Positions 28,810-38,356 are shown, numbered from the stretch's first letter. The stretch: DNA of 64,000 nucleotides from Anaeromyxobacteraceae bacterium (GCA_032654565.1 JAULAX010000015.1:1120001-1184000), one strand, 5' to 3'. Made by a program: numbers and translations. Notes: generated by a model not told the origin, from the sequence alone.

Positions 28810-28892
28810 GGAGGCACTGGTCCTGCGCTGAACGCGTCTGTTCGGCTGCACCCCCGCCCGGTCGGTTAGCATGCGCCGCGGAGGAGGATTAC

Positions 28893-30077
28893 ATGGAACT
28901 CGAGACTGTCCTCGCGGGCGCGCAGACAGATCATGATCAGCTCGGGGCGCTGCTGCAGGCGATCCGCTCCCAGATCGCGCTGCCCGCCGACGCGCGGGTG
29001 GTCGGCGAGCCGGTGCAGGTCGTCGCTGTCGAGTACGACGGCCACCCGCGGCGAGGGATCATCGTCACCTGCCGGCGCGCTGAGGAACGCCATCAGGTCG
29101 GCCTGGCCGACGTCCGATTCGTGCCAGGGACGGGCGGGGCTCGGGTCTCCGCGCTCTACCGGGAGTGGCTCGGACTGGGACCCCTGGCGATCGAAGGGCC
29201 GGTCGACGCCCAGGCGCGCCGGCACAAGGTGGAGACGAGCGAGCTCGAGCCCGGGACTCCCGTGGACCTGGTCGTCCTGGCCTGCAAGTCGAATGCGCTG
29301 CGCTGCCGGATGGCTGGGACCGCGCGCGAGCTCACGATGAGGACCGCCGTCCGAGACGAGGTGCCCGGCGAGATCATCACGGTTCTTCCCACCAAGACCT
29401 GGACCCACGCCAGGCACCCCTACCTGTCCGGAAGGATCGAGCGGTGGCGGCTCGACGTGGCTGCGCTCGGCCTCGTGCCGCTGGCCCTTCGGCCAGAGGG
29501 CGACTGGGATATTGCAGAGGCGTACTGGAGCCGGGAGGGCAGGCCGCTCCCGGAGTGGGCCAGGTCGATGCCGACGCGGGGCCCCCGCTCCGCGTTCGTG
29601 ATGGAGCGGGTCATTCCGGGCTCAGATCCCGTGGGTGTCGACCTGGACCCGATCACCGTGGCGGTCGACCTCAAGGACGCCGATGCGGGAGGTGAGGCCG
29701 AAGCGCTGCTCATGAGCCTCCTCGGCAAGGACCTCCGCTGCCTCGACGCCCACGCCCACCTCGGCAACTGGGAGTTCACCTTCCGGCCGCAGAAGGCGCT
29801 GCGGCACTACGCGGTGGGGGTCGGGATCGGCGACCTGGCGCTCGGCACCGCATTCGACGTTGTGCTCCCCTGGGAGCTGAGGGGAAACCGCCCCTACCTG
29901 CGGTGCCTCAACGGGGCAGGGCTCGCGAGCTGGTGCCTGGGCGACCTCGAGCAGGCCGCCGCCCTGTTCCTACGGCAGCTCTGGCTCGATCCCGGAGACC
30001 ACCAGAACGCCCGCCATAGCCTGGCCAGGGTGGAGGAGGGTCGCAGCTGGAAGGAGTGCGTGGAGGCCGGACGGTGA
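28893..30077 (+). CDS. hypothetical protein with C-terminal TPR-like region
   Basis: GGAGGAGG RBS; DLRCLDAHAHLG, NRPYLRCL.G, WLDPGDHQNAR. Confidence 0.7.
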   Translation: MELETVLAGAQTDHDQLGALLQAIRSQIALPADARVVGEPVQVVAVEYDGHPRRGIIVTCRRAEERHQVGLADVRFVPGTGGARVSALYREWLGLGPLAIEGPVDAQARRHKVETSELEPGTPVDLVVLACKSNALRCRMAGTARELTMRTAVRDEVPGEIITVLPTKTWTHARHPYLSGRIERWRLDVAALGLVPLALRPEGDWDIAEAYWSREGRPLPEWARSMPTRGPRSAFVMERVIPGSDPVGVDLDPITVAVDLKDADAGGEAEALLMSLLGKDLRCLDAHAHLGNWEFTFRPQKALRHYAVGVGIGDLALGTAFDVVLPWELRGNRPYLRCLNGAGLASWCLGDLEQAAALFLRQLWLDPGDHQNARHSLARVEEGRSWKECVEAGR

Positions 30078-30140
30078 TCTGGCGCCCAGCGGGCCGCTGA
30101 CTGCCGTCTCTTCGGCACGCCAGAGTTTTGGTCGAGTTTA

Positions 30141-30162
30141 TGTCTGGGCTTCACTGTATAGT
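30141..30162 (+). promoter_or_regulatory. variant island promoter TGTCTG-N10-TATAGT
   Basis: Intergenic, upstream of the AlbA gene. Confidence 0.6.
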
Positions 30163-30195
30163 GTATGTATAAACATCCTCGAAACGGAGGCCCAC

Positions 30196-31914
30196 ATGCC
30201 CAGGACCGACGAAGCCCGCGCCGCGCTGGCCGCCATTCGAGGGGGAGCGACGCCCCGCAGCCTGGAGTCTGCCAGCCTCGAGTTCAAGGAACAGGGGCGC
30301 AGCGAGGGCGACGCGCTCAAGACCATCGCGGATGCGGCGCTCTGCTTCGCGAACGCTTCGGGCGGTGTCGTCGTCGTCGGCGTCGCAGACAACAAGGCCG
30401 GCGCCACCGCCCTCGTTGGCTGCACGCTCGAGGTTGACGCCGTCCGCCGCCGGGTATGGGAGCTCAGCCGACCACCCCTGACTGTGGACGCCTGGGAGGA
30501 GCGCGTGGGCGAAGCCCGACTGGTCTTCGTCTCCGTGCCGCAGAGTCCGGAGATCCACTCGGATCCCCAGGGGCGTGCGCCGCGGCGTATCGGTCAGGAC
30601 TGCCTGCCGATGGACCCGAGCGAGCAGATGCGACTCCGAGAGGATCGAAGAGGAATCGACCTCACCGCGAGCGAGACGGCGCTGACCATCAAGGATCTAT
30701 CCGAGCCGGCGTTGGAGAACGCCCGCGAACTGCTGGCCAAGTTCACCGACGAGCGCCGTCGCCTTGGGAGGCTCGCCAGCCAGGAACTACTTCGAGCGCT
30801 CGGCGTCATGACGAACCAGGGGCGAGTCCTGATGGCCGGGCAGCTCCTCTTCGGAAAGGCAACGACCGGAAGTCCGCCAGCCATCGTGTACGAGTACCGG
30901 GCCACCGCCGGCGGTGAGCCAAAGGCCATCGAGCGGCTCCCAGGACCGCTGCTCCCCAGCTTTCAGTCGGCCATGCAGTTGGTTCGCGCCCGGCAGACCG
31001 TCACACCGCTCAACCTGCCCGGGGGCCAGCAGGTTCAACTCGAGGACTACCCCACGTTGGCGGTCAGAGAGGCGCTCGCGAACGCCATCATCCATCGAGA
31101 CCACCACCTGTCAGGTCCGGTCAACGTGATCCACTCCCCCGAGTTCCTGACCGTGGCCTCGCCAGGACCGCTGGTGTCTGGCGTGACCCCCGAGAACATC
31201 CTGACCCACCCGTCCAAGCCCCGGAATCCCTGCCTCGCGAATGCAGCGCGGGTGCTTGGACTTGCCGAAGAGGTGGGGCGCGGTGTCGACCGAATGTTCC
31301 GCGAGATGATCGGCTCCGGCCGCGACATCCCGCGGTTCGAATCGCACCACGATCACGTTCGGGTGAGCCTGGCCGGCGGGCGGGCCAACACGCAGGTGGC
31401 GCGCTTCGTCGCCCAATTGCCCGAGCAAGAGCGCGATGACACCGACACGATGCTGGTCCTGTTTCGCCTATGCACCGTGAAGACGGTCTCGGCGCAGCAG
31501 ATCGCTCCGCTACTTCAGAAGAGCGTGCCCGAGATCGAACAGGTCTTGAGGCGGCTGTCGACCGACGCCGTTGCCATTCTCGAACCCACTCGGCTGACGA
31601 CTCGCCGGACCAATCCGGCCTATCGGCTTCGCGGCGACGTGCTGCGAGAACTGGGCTCAGCAGTTCCCTATCAACGGCGCACCGTGGACGAGATTGACCG
31701 GAAGGTGATCGCTCACGTACGCGAGTACGGGAAGGTCACCAATCGGACCGTGCAGAACATGCTGGACTTCGAGGTCCAGCGTGCGGCGGTCATCCTCAAG
31801 GACATGGTGGACCGGGGCCTGCTCAGGAAGACGTCGAAGGCGCAGCGCGGTCCTGGAGTCGAATACGGACCTGGAGCCAAGTTCCCGGGAAAGGTGAAGG
31901 CGCGGACCAAGTGA
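30196..31914 (+). CDS. Schlafen/AlbA_2 domain plus RecG-C-terminal-type ATP-binding domain plus wHTH
   Basis: ESASLEFKE, FANASGGVVVVGVAD, AVREALANAIIHRD, SKPRNP.LA, EEVGRGVDRM. Confidence 0.88.
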   Translation: MPRTDEARAALAAIRGGATPRSLESASLEFKEQGRSEGDALKTIADAALCFANASGGVVVVGVADNKAGATALVGCTLEVDAVRRRVWELSRPPLTVDAWEERVGEARLVFVSVPQSPEIHSDPQGRAPRRIGQDCLPMDPSEQMRLREDRRGIDLTASETALTIKDLSEPALENARELLAKFTDERRRLGRLASQELLRALGVMTNQGRVLMAGQLLFGKATTGSPPAIVYEYRATAGGEPKAIERLPGPLLPSFQSAMQLVRARQTVTPLNLPGGQQVQLEDYPTLAVREALANAIIHRDHHLSGPVNVIHSPEFLTVASPGPLVSGVTPENILTHPSKPRNPCLANAARVLGLAEEVGRGVDRMFREMIGSGRDIPRFESHHDHVRVSLAGGRANTQVARFVAQLPEQERDDTDTMLVLFRLCTVKTVSAQQIAPLLQKSVPEIEQVLRRLSTDAVAILEPTRLTTRRTNPAYRLRGDVLRELGSAVPYQRRTVDEIDRKVIAHVREYGKVTNRTVQNMLDFEVQRAAVILKDMVDRGLLRKTSKAQRGPGVEYGPGAKFPGKVKARTK

Positions 31915-32051
31915 TGTGCCAGGTGCGCGACGAAAAGTACGATGGTGAGCTGAGGAAGCGGGGGTGTAGGGGACTTCGCCGTTCGCGGAGACCTGGCGGA
32001 GACGAAAAGCGCACCGACAGTGCGTGCACAATGGGCCGACCCTCGGGGAGG

Positions 32052-32834
32052 TCAGTCCAGGTTCTCGATGTCCACGTCGCCCCGGAGCTGCGCTGCGACC
32101 AGCGCCGCACTTTCGGCCAGGAGCCTGTTGGACTTGCGTGAAAGATCGAGCTGCGAAAGGCCCGACGCTTCGGGATGCTCGAACTTTACGCGCACGGACA
32201 CAGCGAGCAGGACCAGACCGCCCTCTGCATGATGGCGCTGGATCGCGGCCTTGAGGCGGACATTGGTGGTCTGCGAAGGGTTCTTGGCATTGCGGTAGCC
32301 TGCCGCCCGCGCTCGAAGGTTGTCGGACTGCCCGACGTACACGCGTGGACGAGCTTGAGCGGGCGCTCCAGTGAACGTCATTCGGTAAAGGCCCGGCTGT
32401 CCGGGCATGTCCGGGAAGACGATCGTTCCGCCGAGCCCCACCGTGATGCGGCCCAGCTCGCGCCATTCGGCCAGCACGCGGAAATCAAATGCACCGACAA
32501 GCGGAAGCGCTTCGTGGTTCAAGTCGACCCGTCCAGGTCCTCTTGGCGACCGGAGCGTCCCGACACGCCGAGTCGGCGGCGGACCGTCGTCCCTCTCAAA
32601 GTGCACGGTCTCCCCAGCGAGGTCTTTCGACGCAACCTTCCAGCCCGCTGCCCGCCAACTTCCACGCGCATGCGCCTGCGAGTCATTGGACCACCAGGCC
32701 GAGTGCCGGCGCGCCGATGGAGGCAGGCCGCCCACCAGGTGGTCGATCTCGTCAAAGCGCAGAGTCACCTGTCGTTCGCCCCGGCTCGAGCGCGCCTTCA
32801 ACTCGATGCGAAGGGGTTCGTACTTTTCAGACAT
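32052..32834 (-). CDS. hypothetical protein: small N-terminal DNA-binding-like domain plus GIY-YIG-like nuclease
   Basis: KYEPL...LRFDEID..VG.LPPSA....WWSN...W..AGW; GLYRMTF...VYVGQSDNLRAR..GY. Confidence 0.6.
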   Translation of the reverse strand: MSEKYEPLRIELKARSSRGERQVTLRFDEIDHLVGGLPPSARRHSAWWSNDSQAHARGSWRAAGWKVASKDLAGETVHFERDDGPPPTRRVGTLRSPRGPGRVDLNHEALPLVGAFDFRVLAEWRELGRITVGLGGTIVFPDMPGQPGLYRMTFTGAPAQARPRVYVGQSDNLRARAAGYRNAKNPSQTTNVRLKAAIQRHHAEGGLVLLAVSVRVKFEHPEASGLSQLDLSRKSNRLLAESAALVAAQLRGDVDIENLD

Positions 32835-32860
32835 CCGAGGCTCCCTCGGGCCACCGAAGC

Positions 32861-34339
32861 TCAGCCAGCGGCCAAATCCCTCAGTCGTTCCACCACCTTC
32901 ACCATCGCGAGCGTATCCAGCTCGCAGTAGTCGAGGAGCTGGCGGCGAAGCTTCTTGCGCTCGGCGGCCGGCAGGTCGTCGCCGGAGAGCAGGAGCCCTT
33001 CCAGCACCGTGGAGGCCAGCCCGCCCTCGCCGATCTCCAGCTCCCCGTAGTCCAGGCCAGGCACCAGCGCCGGCGCCACCGCCTTCATGCTGAAGCTGCC
33101 GCCGAAGCCCGGGTGGTAGACGTGGTCGCGGACGACGGGGAGCAGGTCCACCAGCTTCTCGATGACCGCCTTCAGGCCGGCGCGCTGGGACGGCACGTTG
33201 TCGGCCAGGTGCTGCAGGCACCGCTTCTCGAAGGAGGCGTTGTAGGCCACCACGGTGGCCGCACCTTCGCAGGCCCTGACCACCGCCTCGGCCAGGGCCG
33301 GGCGCGGGTCGCCTGAGCCGTCGGCAAGGTGCTCGTGGTGCGTCATCGCACCCCGCGCGCCGACGACATGGCAGCTCAGCTGCACCGGGATCTGCATGTA
33401 TGGGCCACACCCCTTCCAGACCGGGATGGCGGGGTTGATGGTCTCGAAGTCGAGGTAGGCGACCGGCGCCTGCAGCGTTCGTAGCGCCTTCGCGAGGCCC
33501 GCCTCGACCACCACCTTGCCGGTCTTCGCGGCGCGGACCTGGCGGGCCTGGGGGCCGGAGAGCGTCGTCTCCGCCGGGACGTCCTTCAACGACTCGATGC
33601 CCGCTGCGAGCAGCAGCCCGGGAAGCTTGCGACTGGAGTAGAGCGTCGAGACGTGGCCGGCGGGGACCGGCTCCCAGCAGCGCCCCTTGAACGGGCACTC
33701 GTAGGGGTCGTCGCAGTGCGGACCGACCTCGACCACCGGCAGCTTGCCGGCGAGCGCCTTCTTCATGCGCTTCAGGTGGCCCGGGATGTCGGGGATGAGG
33801 GCCTCGGCCTGCTCGGTGACGTCCTCGCGGACGAAGAGGTTGGAGAGGTCGGGGTAACGGCAGGCCGAGTTGAGGTGCATGACCTCGCCGCGCCTGGCGT
33901 CGATGCCGGCCTGCCGTGCCACATGGAGCTGGATGGCGACGTCGGGGAGGTACTGCTCCTTCACCGAGCTGGACGACTTGACCTCGACGACGGTGTGTCC
34001 CTTGCGGCCGCGCTCGAGGACGTCGACCGCCACGAAGACGCCGTCTTCCTGGAAGCTGGCCTCGTAGATGGCGGGGGCCTTGGCCTCCAGCGCAGCGCGG
34101 GTGTCGGCGACCTTCTCCTCGACCTCCCAGTACTCGTGGCCGATGAGCGTCCCTCCCGGGAACTCGCCCTGGGCCCGTTCGCCCACCAGGTGGCCGCGGT
34201 CGAAGACGGCCTGGAGCGCCGGCCCGGCCACCAGCTCCGGTGCCTTGGAGTCATGGACGCGCCACCAGAGCTGCTTCAGGCACTGGAGGCCGTAGCAGTA
34301 GCGGGACTTGGAGAGGGAGGTGGTGCGGCTGGTGGCCAT
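32861..34339 (-). CDS. DUF2779-type protein (Cas4/RecB-like PD-(D/E)XK nuclease plus RNase H-like domain)
   Basis: LSKSRY..G.QC, VAVDVLE..VVEVKSS, DVAIQ, HCDDPYECPF..RC, YLDFET, YNASFE, GSFSMKAV, YCELDT. Confidence 0.85.
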   Translation of the reverse strand: MATSRTTSLSKSRYCYGLQCLKQLWWRVHDSKAPELVAGPALQAVFDRGHLVGERAQGEFPGGTLIGHEYWEVEEKVADTRAALEAKAPAIYEASFQEDGVFVAVDVLERGRKGHTVVEVKSSSSVKEQYLPDVAIQLHVARQAGIDARRGEVMHLNSACRYPDLSNLFVREDVTEQAEALIPDIPGHLKRMKKALAGKLPVVEVGPHCDDPYECPFKGRCWEPVPAGHVSTLYSSRKLPGLLLAAGIESLKDVPAETTLSGPQARQVRAAKTGKVVVEAGLAKALRTLQAPVAYLDFETINPAIPVWKGCGPYMQIPVQLSCHVVGARGAMTHHEHLADGSGDPRPALAEAVVRACEGAATVVAYNASFEKRCLQHLADNVPSQRAGLKAVIEKLVDLLPVVRDHVYHPGFGGSFSMKAVAPALVPGLDYGELEIGEGGLASTVLEGLLLSGDDLPAAERKKLRRQLLDYCELDTLAMVKVVERLRDLAAG

Positions 34340-34345
34340 GTTGGA

Positions 34346-34367
34346 ATGCTAGACGGAGGGACGGACA
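34346..34367 (-). promoter_or_regulatory. island promoter TGTCCGT-N9-TAGCAT
   Basis: ATG 6 nt after the -10 box. Confidence 0.75.
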
Positions 34368-34405
34368 CGCGGGTGCCTACCGGCCAGCGCCTCGGCCAGA
34401 GCCGC

Positions 34406-35617
34406 CTAGCTAGGGCCCTCCTCCGGCTCGAGCGTGACCGTGAACCGGTCGGTCGCTGCCGCCTCCACGACGGCCGCCCTGGCGCGCAGCTCGACGGTGA
34501 GCTCAGACGAAGCGAGCGCCTGCGCCGCGCGAGCCTGGGCCGCGTGGAACTCGCGGTGGCGCATGGCGATCTCGGCGCCGGTGACCAGGGCCCGGGCCCC
34601 GAGCCGACCCCCGGAGACCGCGGCGGCGTCGGCGAGGTCGATGGCGAAGGTATGGTCCGCCTGCTCCAGCCGCTCGGCGAGGAGGAGCGCCGTGGCGGGC
34701 CGGAGCCGAGCCAGGCCGACGGCCTCCACCAGCTCCCGCAGCTGTGCCGGCGCCACCGAGGGTGCGTTGGCGAGCCGCTCCAGGTGGGGGACCGCGTCCT
34801 CGGGCCTGCCGCCATCGATCGCCAGCCGCGCCAGGGCGAGCCGCGCCGAGGCGTCGCCGGGGCGCTCCACCAGGGCGGCGTGGAGGCTCTGCCTGGCCAG
34901 GTCGGGCTTCGCGGCCGCCATCGCCGCCTCGGCCCGGGCCAGGTGCTCGCTGCGCTGCCAGCCGCCCTCGCTGCTGAGGAGGCGCCGCTCCCAGCGCAGG
35001 TGACTGGAGACGATCGCGGCCGCGACGCCCACCAGGAAGCCGGTGACGTGGGCCGCGTAGCCGACACCTGAGCGGTATCCGAAGAGCGAGAAATAAAGCG
35101 CGTCGGACGCGAACGCGGAGAGACCCCAGGCCCAGGCCGGGACCGTGAAGGTGGGCTTCAGGGCGAGCAGCGACCAGGTCCAGAAGAGTCGGACCCGCCG
35201 CCGACCGAACCGCCAGGTGAAGGCACCCATGCAGGCGGAGATGGCGCCCGAGGCGCCGAGGATGTGGGTCGGCTCGCCGCCGTGGACCAGGAAGGAGGGG
35301 AAGCTCGCGACCACGCCGGCGGCCAGGTAGAAGCCGAGGAAGGCGCGGTGGCCCCAGGCGTCCTCCAGGAACGGGGCGCAGAGGGCGAAGTAGAAGAGGT
35401 TCCAGAGGACGTGCGACCAGTCGGCGTGGGCGAAGGGCGCGGTGAGCCAGCCGACCTGGAGGAAGCCTCGGGAGGGCGCCAGGCAGAGGTCGAAGCCGTC
35501 GTCGAAGACGTGCTCGCCCGAGACGGCGTGGATGGCGAGGCAGGCGCCCGCGATGGAGAGCGACACCCACGGGATGCGTGAGAGCCTGGCGTCGTCGAGC
35601 CCCAGCGGGATGAGCAC
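34406..35617 (-). CDS. rhomboid-family intramembrane serine protease with TPR-like C-terminus
   Basis: FAHADWSH..WN, LEDAWG, GASGAIS (catalytic Ser), AHVTGF (catalytic His); start inferred. Confidence 0.88.
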   Translation of the reverse strand: MLIPLGLDDARLSRIPWVSLSIAGACLAIHAVSGEHVFDDGFDLCLAPSRGFLQVGWLTAPFAHADWSHVLWNLFYFALCAPFLEDAWGHRAFLGFYLAAGVVASFPSFLVHGGEPTHILGASGAISACMGAFTWRFGRRRVRLFWTWSLLALKPTFTVPAWAWGLSAFASDALYFSLFGYRSGVGYAAHVTGFLVGVAAAIVSSHLRWERRLLSSEGGWQRSEHLARAEAAMAAAKPDLARQSLHAALVERPGDASARLALARLAIDGGRPEDAVPHLERLANAPSVAPAQLRELVEAVGLARLRPATALLLAERLEQADHTFAIDLADAAAVSGGRLGARALVTGAEIAMRHREFHAAQARAAQALASSELTVELRARAAVVEAAATDRFTVTLEPEEGPS

Positions 35618-35644
35618 GTGGAATCTCCAGCAGGTTGGAAGGCC

Positions 35645-35665
35645 AGTCTCGGGGAGGGACGGACA
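35645..35665 (-). promoter_or_regulatory. island promoter TGTCCGT-N8-GAGACT
   Basis: Back-to-back with the copy at 35691; non-consensus first -10 base. Confidence 0.62.
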
Positions 35666-35690
35666 GGCGGCCGAAATTGCGTGTCCAGAG

Positions 35691-35711
35691 TGTCCGTCCC
35701 CCACGTACCAT
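35691..35711 (+). promoter_or_regulatory. island promoter TGTCCGT-N8-TACCAT
   Basis: Upstream of the HD gene. Confidence 0.75.
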
Positions 35712-35766
35712 CAGCAAGGGTCGACAGGGACAGGACGGGGCCCACGACCCAAGGAAAGGAGTCGCC

Positions 35767-36189
35767 ATGACACTGGAACAAGCCATCGCCTTCGCAGCGT
35801 TGGTCCACGAAGGCCAGAAGGACAAGGTTGGTGCGACCTACATCCTCCACCCGCTCAGAGTGATGAACCGGATGAATACCCTGGCGGAGCGACGCGTGGC
35901 CGTGCTCCACGACGTCGTGGAGGACTGCGGCGTCACGCTCGACCAACTGCGAGGCCTGAAGGTCCCGGAGCGCGAGGTCCTGGCCGTGGAGGCGCTGACC
36001 CGGGGCAAGCGGGAGTCCTACACCAAGTTCATCGAACGAGCCGGGAGGAACCGGCTGGCCAAGCGGGTGAAGCTAGCCGACCTGGCCGACAACACGGAAC
36101 CCGCTCGCTTGGCCCAAGTGGACCCGGCCACGAGGAGACGACTCTTGCGGAAGTACGGGAAGGCGCTTCGCGCGCTCAAGCCAAGCTGA
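35767..36189 (+). CDS. small HD-domain hydrolase (RelA/SpoT hydrolase/Mesh1-like)
   Basis: AIAFA..HEGQKDK.G..YILHPLRV, AVLHDVVED, VKLADLADN; AAGGAG RBS. Confidence 0.85.
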   Translation: MTLEQAIAFAALVHEGQKDKVGATYILHPLRVMNRMNTLAERRVAVLHDVVEDCGVTLDQLRGLKVPEREVLAVEALTRGKRESYTKFIERAGRNRLAKRVKLADLADNTEPARLAQVDPATRRRLLRKYGKALRALKPS

Positions 36190-36200
36190 GCTGATCGCAG

Positions 36201-36221
36201 TGTCCGTGGGTCGCGTACCGT
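36201..36221 (+). promoter_or_regulatory. island promoter TGTCCGT-N8-TACCGT
   Basis: Intergenic. Confidence 0.72.
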
Positions 36222-36271
36222 GGGGTTGGTCGACGGGGAGGTGATCAATCCCGGACCGGGGGAGGCAACCC

Positions 36272-36715
36272 ATGGCCAAGGTGAACGGAATGGAGTGGTC
36301 CACTCTGACGAGCGAACTGGAGCTGGTGCTGGGCACTTTCGACCATGACCAGATCTTGATCCTGCAGCGCCGCGGTACCGGTCGGTACGTGCAGCTCTAC
36401 GTCAACAAGCCGGGGAGCCTCCACGTGGAGGTGTCGAGCAACACCTTCCTGGCCCCGGAGTCCAGCCTCACCGAGCAGCACGAGGCGTCGCTCCAGGCGT
36501 TGGGTTGGATGCCGCCTACGAAGGGCGGCGCCCCCAACTACTCGGTCGACCTGAAGGGTCCCCGGGCCACGGCGCAGGCGGCCGCGCTCACGGTGAGGAC
36601 GCTCGCCGAGGTGCTCGGCACCAGTTCACCATCGGAGTTGGAGTACGACGCCTTCCAGCACACGGGCGGGCCATTGACGCTGCCGCCGCTCAAGCTGGAG
36701 AGGATGAGCAGGTAG
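36272..36715 (+). CDS. TY-Chap (YbjN/T3SS chaperone-like) domain protein
   Basis: RYVQ....LHVEVSSN.FL....L....L..LGW.PP....NY pattern; GGAGG RBS. Confidence 0.65.
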   Translation: MAKVNGMEWSTLTSELELVLGTFDHDQILILQRRGTGRYVQLYVNKPGSLHVEVSSNTFLAPESSLTEQHEASLQALGWMPPTKGGAPNYSVDLKGPRATAQAAALTVRTLAEVLGTSSPSELEYDAFQHTGGPLTLPPLKLERMSR

Positions 36716-36924
36716 ACGAGCGCGCGGCCGCTGGCCTGGACTGGGCCGGGTGTGTCGAGGACGCGGACCTCCCCTTGAACCGTCCAGGTTCCGGGGGCAC
36801 GACACCCGGCCAGCGGGCAGCCCGCCTCAAGCGAGGCGGCGGCGAGCTTCGACGGTCCCGTCGCTGATAAGCACAGGAATACCCGTCGTTTATGCTCTGT
36901 CCCTCAACCATGTGCTCCAATGTA

Positions 36925-36945
36925 TGTCCGTATCCTACCTAGACT
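36925..36945 (+). promoter_or_regulatory. island promoter TGTCCGT-N8-TAGACT
   Basis: Intergenic. Confidence 0.75.
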
Positions 36946-36984
36946 CCTCCAAGGCTCATCCCGGGCCGAACCGAGGAGTGGGAC

Positions 36985-37971
36985 ATGTCCGACACGACGA
37001 AGAAGGTCTACACGCTGGGCGCAGACGCTGCTCATGAGCTCTGGTGCTGGCTCTGGGGCGGAATAGCGGAGCGCGAGCGCCGGATCTGGTGCCACCTCGA
37101 AAGCAGCCGCGACATCCGCCACGAGAAGGGGGCCTGCCTGGACGTTCTCGCCGCGCTGACGGCGGAGTTGCCCACCGTCACGGACCAACCCCCCGGCGAG
37201 GCCCTCTTCGCACGACTCGGGTTCGGGCTGGACGAAGCGGGCACCGAGCGGCTCACGAACAAGCTCGAAGCGTGGGGCCGAGAGGCACGCGAAGAGGCGA
37301 GCGGGAACGAGATGGGTGGCAACTGGGCCGATGCCATGGATCTCGTCCTCGAACGTTTCATGCCGCACTTCTACTCGCTGACGACGCCAGGAAGAGCAGC
37401 GCAGCGCCACGCTCCAGGCCTGGATCTCACGCCAGCGGGGGCCTACGAGTACCTGGCCTGGCTGGGATGTTCGGTCCAGGAGCTGGAAGCGGCCAAGGAC
37501 GAGGCCAAGGACCCGGGGTGGGCGCAAGACCTGGCGACCGGCCTGGCGGCGCTGAGGTTGGCGCTCGGCCAGTTCGTGGCGTCGGTGCCCGAGGGGCCCG
37601 ACTCCTACTTCCAGTCAACCTGGGGCGGGCTTCGGAAGGGGCTTGGGGCCGACCGCGTGCGGCCGTTCGCGGGCTGGCTCGGAGCCGAGGCGGACTGCGC
37701 CGCAGCCGCAGGGGGCATCCACGCCACGATACTGGCGCGCGGCCACCGGCGGCTCGCCGAGGTGGCTGGGGTCACACCGGAGGAGTTGAGGAGCCTGGCC
37801 CCACCCTGTCCGCCTCCATGGCAAGTGCCCGAGGCGATGCTGCGGGCCTACCTGGGGGGCCACGCCAAGTCGGGAGAGCTGGTCTCGGTGACCATCGTCG
37901 AGAGGGCGGGGAAGGAGGACAGGTACAAAGTGCCGCTGCACCAGTTCCTGGCGGGGTTGTCGAGGGGGTAG
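36985..37971 (+). CDS. hypothetical protein
   Basis: 328-aa ORF with GAGGAG RBS and its own promoter; no recognised motif. Confidence 0.7.
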   Translation: MSDTTKKVYTLGADAAHELWCWLWGGIAERERRIWCHLESSRDIRHEKGACLDVLAALTAELPTVTDQPPGEALFARLGFGLDEAGTERLTNKLEAWGREAREEASGNEMGGNWADAMDLVLERFMPHFYSLTTPGRAAQRHAPGLDLTPAGAYEYLAWLGCSVQELEAAKDEAKDPGWAQDLATGLAALRLALGQFVASVPEGPDSYFQSTWGGLRKGLGADRVRPFAGWLGAEADCAAAAGGIHATILARGHRRLAEVAGVTPEELRSLAPPCPPPWQVPEAMLRAYLGGHAKSGELVSVTIVERAGKEDRYKVPLHQFLAGLSRG

Positions 37972-38105
37972 GCCGGGCCCATTCAGGAGCTACTCGGCCT
38001 CTCGGGCCCGCTCCGAACGCTACCGGGACGAGCTGACTGCCGACGAAGGCCTCTCGCCGGGCATCGGGCCGCAGGAGGTCGCCGGTGCGCCTGTCACCAA
38101 ACCCA

Positions 38106-38126
38106 TGTCCGTCCCGTTGCTAGCGT
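38106..38126 (+). promoter_or_regulatory. island promoter TGTCCGT-N8-TAGCGT
   Basis: Intergenic. Confidence 0.75.
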
Positions 38127-38150
38127 GAAACCCTCGCGCGAGGAGTCCAC

Positions 38151-38345
38151 GTGGCCGGAAACAGGGTGGGTGACCAGAGAGAGCGGGTCCTGACCAGGGT
38201 CGCGGTCTTCCTCAACCGCGATGACCTGAAGCGCGCCGCGGCCCTGCTCCACGCAAGGGAGGCCCGGCGCATCGCGCCGTCGCTGCCGGGCCTGGCCCTG
38301 TTGCAGGCGCGGCTACTGTATACATCGACGGCAAATATCCGGTAA
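38151..38345 (+). CDS. small hypothetical protein (64 aa) or truncated gene
   Basis: GAGGAG RBS 5 nt before the GTG, downstream of an island promoter. Confidence 0.5.
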   Translation: MAGNRVGDQRERVLTRVAVFLNRDDLKRAAALLHAREARRIAPSLPGLALLQARLLYTSTANIR

Positions 38346-38356
38346 AACTGCCCTCG

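Noticed and set aside
30155..30176. Possible LexA box (CTGTATAG...)
   Set aside because: Lacks the ACAG half-site at the correct spacing; better explained as a -10 box plus a local palindrome
36771..36797. TGAACCGTCCAGGTTCCGGGGG resembling an IS3-family end or a hairpin
   Set aside because: No partner inverted repeat, target duplication or transposase found; at most a weak stem-loop
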